Shown: positions 32,920-39,267 of the stretch, piece after piece
How the letters are laid out: each line of letters begins with the position of its first letter
How positions within the stretch are numbered: position 1 is the stretch's first letter
DNA from: Bacillota bacterium
GTDB lineage: Bacteria > Bacillota_I > Bacilli_A > RFN20 > CAG-826
DNA length: 39,267 nucleotides
Assembly (NCBI GenBank): GCA_023457325.1
Contig: JAEWLX010000045.1
Location: forward strand, 1-39,267
Direction of reading: 5' to 3'
Made by a program: the position numbers and the translations under genes
The notes under the pieces: generated by a model
The model's database searches: none
What the model saw: the letters and a program-made list of their open reading frames with translations, nothing else
Told to the model about the DNA's origin: nothing

Positions 32920-34512
32920 TTAAGCATTAAGCATCTTAAATAGTTTCTTACTAGCGTAATACAATTTCTTAAAGACTATATAATTTTTATCGTAAACTAT
33001 CTTATTTTCTGAATGCGGATGATAAGTATTAATAACAGGTATGTAGTCCTTTATTTTCTTAAAATCGCTGATGATTCCCAAACCCACTCCAATGACAGCG
33101 GCCGCTCCAACCGCCCCGACATTCTGTGGGTTTGCGACGACTTCGATTGTTCGTCCGGTAATATCGGCTAGCATCTGATTCGTAACTTCCGATAAAGCTC
33201 CACCGCCGACAAAACGAATCGGATTTGAAGTCTTAATTTTCTTATCCTGACATTCAAGCATCCACCGCAAATGAAAGCAAATTCCCTCTAAAACTGCCCT
33301 AATTAGTTCTGTTTTGCCAGTTTCGAGACGAATATTGAAAAACATTCCGGCAGCATTGGGATCTTCAAATGGACAACGATTACCGTGAAGCCAAGGTGTG
33401 AAAATTACACCACCCGAACCAGGCGCGGCTTTTTGCACAGTCTTTGTTAAATAATCGTAAAGACTTGTGTAGATAGCTTCTTTATCGCAAGTTACATCTT
33501 TCTTTTCTAAGTAGATGCCAATTTCATCAAGCGCTAAATGGTCCTTGACCCATTCAAGACACTTACCGGCTGTTTCCATTTCCGCGAAGTAATTAAAGCG
33601 GTTTGCTTCAACAGCGACGACCGAGGCAATCATTGATTCGATATCAACGACTTGCTTATCAAGAATGGTTGATACCCAACCCGATGTTCCTGAATAGATA
33701 TGCGTCTCACCAACATTAACGGAGCCCGCACCAATACCAATTAGGGTCGCGTCTCCACCGCCTCCAAATACATTAATACCTGGCGTAAGTCCTAAATCAA
33801 AAGCAGCCTCTTTAGTTAAGACTCCGACTATGTCGGTGGCTTTGATAATCTCGGGGAGGTGTTTCATATTAACGCCAAATGTTTTGCATAGTGACTTACT
33901 CCATCCTTCTTTGCCAGGTCGTGTGTCGTAAAGAAAAGTTGAGTAGGCCGAATCGGGCGTCATAATAAAACGCCCTGTACAACGAGATATGAGATATTCC
34001 TTAACATCGAGCCATTTATAAACGTTTTTAAATACTTCTGGTTCGTTCTTTTCAACCCATTTGTATTTCCAAAGCGGGTCTTTGACACTCAGTGAGGCCG
34101 CTTTAGTAATCGATAGGCTTTTAAGCAATTTAAAAACATTTGCCCCGTCAATTTCAATTCCTCCGCCCATACCAGCTTTGAGTTCTTGCTTGGATCGTTG
34201 ATCCATGTAACTCATCGCTGGGCGTAAGGCCTTGCCTTTTTCATCGACAAGAACAAGCCCTTGCATCTGCGAGCAAAAAGAAAGACCAGCAATATCGCTT
34301 GGTTTAACTTCACACTTTTTAAAAAGCTCACATGTCGTGTCAGCCATGGCTTTCCACCACTCATCGACATCTTGCTCTGCGCCTCCATTGTCGAGTAAAT
34401 AGAGACCGTAGCCCTTATGGGCACTGGTGATAAGGGTAATTGTCTGGTCGATTTTGAATAGACAAGTTTTTACGCCTGTTGTCCCGATGTCATAAGCTAT
34501 GACGTGTTTCAT
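32920..34512 (-). CDS. FGGY-family carbohydrate kinase (530 aa)
   Basis: N-terminal AYDIGTTGVKTCLF, GGGDATLIGIGAG and FVGGGALSEV motifs of the FGGY (glycerol/xylulose kinase) family. Confidence 0.85.
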   Translation of the reverse strand: MKHVIAYDIGTTGVKTCLFKIDQTITLITSAHKGYGLYLLDNGGAEQDVDEWWKAMADTTCELFKKCEVKPSDIAGLSFCSQMQGLVLVDEKGKALRPAMSYMDQRSKQELKAGMGGGIEIDGANVFKLLKSLSITKAASLSVKDPLWKYKWVEKNEPEVFKNVYKWLDVKEYLISRCTGRFIMTPDSAYSTFLYDTRPGKEGWSKSLCKTFGVNMKHLPEIIKATDIVGVLTKEAAFDLGLTPGINVFGGGGDATLIGIGAGSVNVGETHIYSGTSGWVSTILDKQVVDIESMIASVVAVEANRFNYFAEMETAGKCLEWVKDHLALDEIGIYLEKKDVTCDKEAIYTSLYDYLTKTVQKAAPGSGGVIFTPWLHGNRCPFEDPNAAGMFFNIRLETGKTELIRAVLEGICFHLRWMLECQDKKIKTSNPIRFVGGGALSEVTNQMLADITGRTIEVVANPQNVGAVGAAAVIGVGLGIISDFKKIKDYIPVINTYHPHSENKIVYDKNYIVFKKLYYASKKLFKMLNA

Positions 34513-34526
34513 TTTTTACCTCGCTA

Positions 34527-35180
34527 TCATGTTTTATGCTTAATTTGCGATTGTTCGAAAGTGAAGGCTGATTCTAAGAATTTTAAAAACTGCTGAACGA
34601 CACGTTCGTCATCTTCAAGAACATCGTTTCCGCAGTAGACTTTAAAACGTTCCATGTAATAGTCGCAGCTATATGAAAACTGCATCATCATTAAGAGGCT
34701 ATCGAAAAAGAACGCGAATAATTTAGTATCAATGTCAGCACGGATATCTCCATCTCTAATCGCATTGGCAATAAAGTCGGCATATACTTTAGCGGTCACG
34801 CCTTCAATTCGCTTAGCGAGTTCCGGTGCGAAGCGCTTATTGCTTCCAACTGTGATTGAGTTATACATTTTGATGTAATTAGTATGTTTGCGAGAATAAA
34901 ACTGAACAGCGCGAATAATTTTTTCAGCGCGCTTCATCAACTTGTCCTGGCCACTTAAAAAATCATTGACCACTTCTTCAAGAACGGCAAGGCTTTTGTC
35001 AAGACAAGCCAGGAAGAAAACTTCTTTGTCTTTATAATATTTATAAAGAACACCAACACTTATGCCGGCTTTCTTGGCGATTACATTAATATTCGCGCGG
35101 TCTAAACCCAAGTCGGCAAATTCGTTAATTCCTACCTCTAAAATGTCATCGATTTTTTCTTTAGTTAGTTTTTTAAGCAT
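34527..35180 (-). CDS. TetR/AcrR family transcriptional regulator
   Basis: N-terminal HTH (ANINVIAKKAGISVGVLYKYYKDKEVFF). 217 aa. 8-nt overlap with the upstream aldolase gene. Confidence 0.85.
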   Translation of the reverse strand: MLKKLTKEKIDDILEVGINEFADLGLDRANINVIAKKAGISVGVLYKYYKDKEVFFLACLDKSLAVLEEVVNDFLSGQDKLMKRAEKIIRAVQFYSRKHTNYIKMYNSITVGSNKRFAPELAKRIEGVTAKVYADFIANAIRDGDIRADIDTKLFAFFFDSLLMMMQFSYSCDYYMERFKVYCGNDVLEDDERVVQQFLKFLESAFTFEQSQIKHKT

Positions 35181-36342
35181 TGCTACTTCCCTCTTTTTTT
35201 AATTTAGAATACTTTCGGGAATACACAAGTCTTTGTATCCAACTATCAAATTTGCCTAATGGCTTACCGCCCTTAGTCATTGCAACTAGCATTTCACTTA
35301 GGCATTCTTTTCGTAAAATCATACCGACAGCTTCAACATCATCTTCATCAAGACCGATACAAAGCGCTCCTTGCCCGTGAATCATAACCGCGTTGCGTCC
35401 CCTTATTTTTTTAACAAATCGGTGAGGCTTTGCGTTACGAATGTTAACGCCAATTATTTGGGCGACATCATCGATATAAGGATATAACGTTTTTCCGCTT
35501 CTACTTACGGCCACTACTTCGTGATCTTGATTATGAACAATGCAGTTTGCGCCATTAGATAAATACAATTGCTGGTGTATTCTGGCGGCATCGCTTAGAG
35601 TTTCGTTTTTATCAATTAAGGAATATTCTTTTTCCTCGCCACTTATAGTTAGAGTGAAGGTAGTTCCTTTTTTGATGCTTTTGCCAAGATTAAGCGTCCC
35701 GCCACCATTAGTTATAGCAAACCTTTCGGTGTACTTTTTCTCAAGTTCTTCAAGAGAAGATGTATTTGTTAAGCGAAGTATTTCTTTTTCAGCTACTTTT
35801 TCTAAGGCAAACGAACGATCAAACGCTTCTTCCATCGTTGTGCCAAGGCATATCGCACCATGGGATTTAAGTAAGAAGGCTGAACTATTAGGATTCTTTT
35901 CAATTGCTAACGCCGCGTTCTTAGCTAGTGTTTTGGTCGAGGAGATGCCATAAGCGGCGTTAGGAACGATTTTTCCAAGTAAGACGCTTAGATTATCATC
36001 GATTGCTATTTCCCTTCCTAAAACGCTTAATACGGAGGCCATTAACTGATGGGTATGAATGACAAAATTAACGTCTTTTCTTAGTTTATAAACTGCGGCA
36101 TGAATGCCTTTTTCACTTGAAGGCTTAATGTCGCCTTCATATGAACAGTCTTCAATATTTAATAAGACGATGTCTTCCGGTTTCAATGAATCATAGGCTC
36201 GCCCTTTGGGCGTAACAACAAATTGCGTATCGGAAACACGAGCCGATATATTTCCCCATGTCCGCGCGACAAGACCTGATGAAACAAGTTTTAGTCCAGC
36301 TTCAATAACTAGTTTTTTTGCTTCTTGGACTTGATAGGCCAT
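35173..36342 (-). CDS. Class II aldolase/adducin-family protein with a second, degenerate aldolase-like domain (389 aa)
   Basis: The N-domain has TWGNISARV, SSEKGIHAAVY, VIHTHQ (metal His) and KSHGAICLG. The C-domain repeats the fold pattern (IHQQLY, IVHNQDHE, MIHGQGALCIG) but lacks the HxH motif. The start is moved to MAYQVQ (ATG 36342, GGAGA SD). Confidence 0.75.
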   Translation of the reverse strand: MAYQVQEAKKLVIEAGLKLVSSGLVARTWGNISARVSDTQFVVTPKGRAYDSLKPEDIVLLNIEDCSYEGDIKPSSEKGIHAAVYKLRKDVNFVIHTHQLMASVLSVLGREIAIDDNLSVLLGKIVPNAAYGISSTKTLAKNAALAIEKNPNSSAFLLKSHGAICLGTTMEEAFDRSFALEKVAEKEILRLTNTSSLEELEKKYTERFAITNGGGTLNLGKSIKKGTTFTLTISGEEKEYSLIDKNETLSDAARIHQQLYLSNGANCIVHNQDHEVVAVSRSGKTLYPYIDDVAQIIGVNIRNAKPHRFVKKIRGRNAVMIHGQGALCIGLDEDDVEAVGMILRKECLSEMLVAMTKGGKPLGKFDSWIQRLVYSRKYSKLKKEGSSNA

Positions 36343-36347
36343 CTTGA

Positions 36348-37832
36348 TTATTCTCCGAGTTTTCCGCACTTGGCGAAGACACGTTCAAAGCGCGCTAATA
36401 CATCATCGATCATCTCTTCGGTATAAGCAGCGCTCGTATATAGTCTCGTTCCTGCTAAGGTTACGATTCCTTCAGCCATGTAGGCAGCGCCCATATGTTC
36501 CATCTCTCTTTGACGAATACTAGTTTCTTTTAAAATGTGTGGTATCGTCCAAGGTTTTTTCCAATTGATAACAAAATGCATTGTTCCCGCATTATCAAGA
36601 TGTACAATTGAACCCTGATTAAAAACAACAAACGGCAAATTATATTTTTTAACTAATTCTTGTAAACCTTTAGTTAGTCGATCACCCATTCTTCCTGCCG
36701 CTTCGCAGGCATTGCGTTTTTGTATTTCACAAAGGGCATAATAGCCCGCCACACACGATATTGGTGTCGCCGCTAAAGTGCCACCACACAATGCTTTGGG
36801 AAGTTTTTTTCCAGACGAATCAAGCCCCGCGCCAAGATAGGCCATTACCTCAGCGTGACCACCAACTCCACCAGCGCCAGGATAGCCACCGGCCACAACC
36901 TTGCCAAAAATAGTTAAATCTGGGTCAACACCAAAAAAGCCTTGCGCACCGCTTTGCCCAATTCTAAATCCAGTAACGACTTCGTCGAAAATTAGTAAGG
37001 CGCCATATTTTTTCGCTAGACGCTCTGTTCCTTTGATAAATTCTTTAGATAGGGGCCGAGTTCCACTTTCTGGTCCAACTGGTTCAATAAAGATGGCGGC
37101 TGTGCCTCCTCTTAAGCGATTAAAACGTAATTTGCGTTCTAAATCCTTTAAGTCATTGGGAAAGAATTCTTGAGTGTGTTTGAAGACATAATTAGGAATT
37201 CCTTTTGACATGATGCCTTTTGTCCCAGGCACACGAAGTCCATAGGCGAGTTGATCAGACCAACCGTGATAGGCTCCACCCATCTTTAAAATATTTTTGT
37301 GTTTAGTCTTGAGCCTCGCGATGCGGACAGCGACCATACAAGCTTCGGTGCCCGAGCCAAGCATTCTAAAACGCTCTACCGAGGGAAACATCTCAGATAT
37401 TTTCTTAGCTAATTTATATTCATATTCATGAAAAAGACCAGTTGAAGGCCCACACGTATTTAAAAGCTCAATTACTTTATCTCTAACGACAGGATCATTA
37501 CTACCGATGATGGTTGGACCACCAGCTTGCAGTAAGTCGTAATACCAGTTGCCATCGATATCATATAGTTTTGTGCCTTCGGCTTTGGTAATAACAATGG
37601 GAAAAGGATAATTGAAGGCTAGGTTATGTTGAACACCCCCGGGAATAATTTCCTTGGCTTTGCCAATCATCTCTTTTGATTTTAAACACTTCTTATTAAA
37701 GTAGTTATCGACATAATCATTAAGGAAATTTTTCTTAATCGAATAGACGGGTTTTTTGATTAATTCATCTAATTGTTTGGTGACAAAAGAAGCATCTAAA
37801 TACTCATCGATGCCAAAACCGTTATAGGCCAT
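36348..37832 (-). CDS. Class-III aminotransferase family protein (glutamate-1-semialdehyde aminomutase-like, 494 aa)
   Basis: SGTEACMVAVRIAR, LIFDEVVTGFR and TIFGKVVAGGYP (PLP lysine) motifs. It has an ~60-aa N-terminal extension. The start is set at MAYNGFG (ATG 37832, AAGGAGA SD). Confidence 0.8.
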   Translation of the reverse strand: MAYNGFGIDEYLDASFVTKQLDELIKKPVYSIKKNFLNDYVDNYFNKKCLKSKEMIGKAKEIIPGGVQHNLAFNYPFPIVITKAEGTKLYDIDGNWYYDLLQAGGPTIIGSNDPVVRDKVIELLNTCGPSTGLFHEYEYKLAKKISEMFPSVERFRMLGSGTEACMVAVRIARLKTKHKNILKMGGAYHGWSDQLAYGLRVPGTKGIMSKGIPNYVFKHTQEFFPNDLKDLERKLRFNRLRGGTAAIFIEPVGPESGTRPLSKEFIKGTERLAKKYGALLIFDEVVTGFRIGQSGAQGFFGVDPDLTIFGKVVAGGYPGAGGVGGHAEVMAYLGAGLDSSGKKLPKALCGGTLAATPISCVAGYYALCEIQKRNACEAAGRMGDRLTKGLQELVKKYNLPFVVFNQGSIVHLDNAGTMHFVINWKKPWTIPHILKETSIRQREMEHMGAAYMAEGIVTLAGTRLYTSAAYTEEMIDDVLARFERVFAKCGKLGE

Positions 37833-37881
37833 GTTTATCTCCTTGTTATCTCGTGAGTGGTTGCTCACACTTTACAATTTT

Positions 37882-37910
37882 AAATTACCACCCGACAAAA
37901 ATAGTGTCAA
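37882..37910 (-). promoter_or_regulatory. SigA-type promoter TTGACA-17 nt-TAATTT for the aminotransferase-aldolase-tetR-kinase-gtrA unit
   Basis: The reverse complement of 37905-37910 = TTGACA and of 37882-37887 = TAATTT. It lies directly after a terminator and ~50 nt before the start codon. Confidence 0.5.
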
Positions 37911-37912
37911 GA

Positions 37913-37946
37913 ATATAAAAACAACTCGAAATCGGTCCGAGCTGTT
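37913..37946 (-). terminator. Rho-independent terminator after the transaldolase/FSA gene
   Basis: The minus-strand RNA has AACAGCUCG-9 nt loop-CGAGUUGUU followed by UUUAUAUU. Confidence 0.6.
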
Positions 37947-37963
37947 ATGTAGTGATGATAAGT

Positions 37964-38620
37964 TTACTTATTAAGTTTTGCTTTTAATTCTTCGTAAGCA
38001 GCGACAAAAGCAGCAATGCCTTTATCGGTTAATGGATGCTGAATAGCCTGCTTAAAAACAGCATAAGGAATGGTGGCAATATGAGCACCCGCTAATGCGG
38101 AATCTTGTAAATGCATCGGGTGACGAATACTTGCACTAATTATTTCCGTTTTGAAATCATAAATATCAAAGACATCGCGAATTTGTCTAATTAGTTCTAT
38201 ACCGTCTTGTCCAACATCATCAAGCCTTCCAACAAACGGGCTAACATATGTCGCTCCGGCTGTTGCAGCCATAAGAGCTTGCGATACATTAAAGATTAAT
38301 GTGACGTTTGTCTTAATCCCGAGTTTTGATAAGGATTTGACGGCTTTTAAACCTTCGGCTGTCATTGGTATTTTAACAATCATGTTGGGATGAATTTTAG
38401 CAATGGCTTTGCCTTCTTTAATCATTCCTTCGGCATCCAAAGCATTAACCTCGCCACTAATTGGGCCATCGACAATTTCTGTTATCTCTTTGATGACGTC
38501 TTCAAAACGGCGTCCTTCTTTAGCGATTAATGATGGGTTGGTGGTTACACCACTTACAATGCCCCAAGAGGCAATTTCGCGGATGTGTTCAACATTCGCG
38601 GTGTCGATGAAAAGTTTCAT
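37964..38620 (-). CDS. tal: Type 3B transaldolase / fructose-6-phosphate aldolase
   Basis: 218 aa, nearly collinear with B. subtilis Tal/YwjH as recalled ([20 protein letters not shown] Schiff-base Lys, [18 protein letters not shown]). Confidence 0.9.
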   Translation of the reverse strand: MKLFIDTANVEHIREIASWGIVSGVTTNPSLIAKEGRRFEDVIKEITEIVDGPISGEVNALDAEGMIKEGKAIAKIHPNMIVKIPMTAEGLKAVKSLSKLGIKTNVTLIFNVSQALMAATAGATYVSPFVGRLDDVGQDGIELIRQIRDVFDIYDFKTEIISASIRHPMHLQDSALAGAHIATIPYAVFKQAIQHPLTDKGIAAFVAAYEELKAKLNK

Positions 38621-38655
38621 GCAATTCTCCTTTTAAAGCCTTTCTTCATTATAGA

Positions 38656-39096
38656 TTAAAGAATCGTGACCGTCCCATCTTCTTTAACTTCGAGGATATC
38701 TCCGCTTTTAACAGTTTCTAAAAAATCTTTGCCAAGCATATCAATCGCGATTATTTTGCTATCTTCCCATATACGTGCAAGAACAATGCCGCTTGCCGCC
38801 AAACTATCGATGTGTTCGCTAAAAAGGAAGCATGCTGGGTTTATACCCATTGAACAAACGGTTTGTATGACTAGTCCGCCCGTCGTTGAGCCAATCGTTA
38901 TTGGTAAACACAAAGCTTTACCAGTAATATTTTTCTCATAAATATCAGGATTATTTTGATCAGAAACGAGAACTTCCTTGGCGTTTTTTAAAGCACTTTT
39001 TTGAAAAGTTGCGAGGGTATTAACACCTTGTCGAGATACGACAGCTTCGCCCTTAAAATAACCAGGAGCGATTACTCTTCCTTTAAATTCTTTCAT
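38656..39096 (-). CDS. Aconitase X swivel-domain protein (DUF126, AcnX small subunit)
   Basis: 146 aa. N-terminal GRVIAPGYFKGEAVV, a Gly-rich GSTTGG loop and small size fit DUF126. It is preceded by a DUF521-like gene end. Confidence 0.75.
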   Translation of the reverse strand: MKEFKGRVIAPGYFKGEAVVSRQGVNTLATFQKSALKNAKEVLVSDQNNPDIYEKNITGKALCLPITIGSTTGGLVIQTVCSMGINPACFLFSEHIDSLAASGIVLARIWEDSKIIAIDMLGKDFLETVKSGDILEVKEDGTVTIL

Positions 39097-39098
39097 AA

Positions 39099-39266
39099 CT
39101 AGTTAACCGCCTTTCCAACTAAATAATTTAGAATCTCCAAATCTTTGTAATAACGGGCAATTGAATAGGTTCTTAGTTTATTTGAGCTTGTCATGATTCT
39201 TCTTACTTTAGTAAGAGGATTATTTGTATACATCAAAGGACAAATAGAAGACACCTTAACGCCGGT
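39099..39266 (-). CDS. C-terminal fragment (55 codons) of a probable aconitase X catalytic-domain protein (DUF521); the rest lies beyond the window end
   Basis: Hand translation gives ...TGVKVSSICPLMYTNNPLTKVRRIMTSSNKLRTYSIARYYKDLEILNYLVGKAVN*. The stop TAG lies 2 nt before the DUF126 start. The assignment rests mainly on the usual DUF521-DUF126 pairing. Confidence 0.45.
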   Translation of the reverse strand, partial: TGVKVSSICPLMYTNNPLTKVRRIMTSSNKLRTYSIARYYKDLEILNYLVGKAVN

Positions 39267-39267
39267 G

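Noticed and set aside
2766-38941. Numerous 60-137-aa ORFs antisense to the long genes (e.g. 2766..3035, 6702..7022, 8810..9205, 12167..12460, 13329..13640, 35540..35953, 38666..38941)
   Set aside because: Each is fully nested in, and opposite to, a long ORF with clear family motifs. None has a convincing SD or recognisable motif. I interpret them as frame shadows.
1-39267. Mobile elements, prophage, CRISPR arrays, tRNA/rRNA genes, defence systems
   Set aside because: By eye I found no transposase/integrase/recombinase ORFs, no regular repeat-spacer arrays, no cloverleaf-like or rRNA-like conserved stretches in the short intergenic regions, and no nuclease/helicase/methylase-type ORFs. The window reads as core metabolic chromosome.

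Overview
The window looks like a low-GC Gram-positive (Bacillota-like) chromosomal segment. GGAGG-type Shine-Dalgarno sites and CcpA-type cre boxes support this, and almost all genes lie on the minus strand.

(1) 5.2-22.5 kb holds a ~17.3 kb, 16-gene operon for anaerobic purine/urate catabolism of the E. coli ygeW-ygeY-hyuA-ssnA-xdh type. It encodes MocA, two complete three-subunit molybdenum hydroxylases, a membrane protein + P-loop NTPase pair, a hydantoinase, SsnA, a PreA-like flavo-FeS protein, two fold-type-II PLP enzymes, YgeY and YgeW. A YqeA-type carbamate kinase is transcribed divergently.

(2) 23.8-28.6 kb holds a gdhA-DUF1015-serC-serA operon.

(3) Next come DegV, an FMN reductase and a CASTOR/POLLUX-like two-TM/RCK channel.

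(4) 32.4-39.3 kb holds a TetR-containing catabolic locus: class-III aminotransferase-like enzyme, tandem class-II aldolase, FGGY kinase and GtrA. Upstream of it lies an aconitase-X (DUF521/DUF126) + type-3B transaldolase/FSA unit.

(5) The left end carries an ABC exporter pair, DUF975, a small GNAT, an orphan protein, an unannotated 43-aa basic ORF and a truncated membrane protein.

I saw no rRNA/tRNA, CRISPR array, transposase, phage gene or recognisable defence gene.

The points most worth follow-up are:
- the non-canonical composition of the purine cluster (no ygeX, ygfK or yqeB/yqeC; extra PLP enzymes; orphan PreA-like protein; embedded membrane/NTPase pair);
- near-consensus cre boxes inside the core promoters of both the purine operon and the gdhA operon;
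- the uncharacterised AcnX/aminotransferase/aldolase/kinase locus.

All functional calls come from motif and family recognition by eye. No database search was possible.
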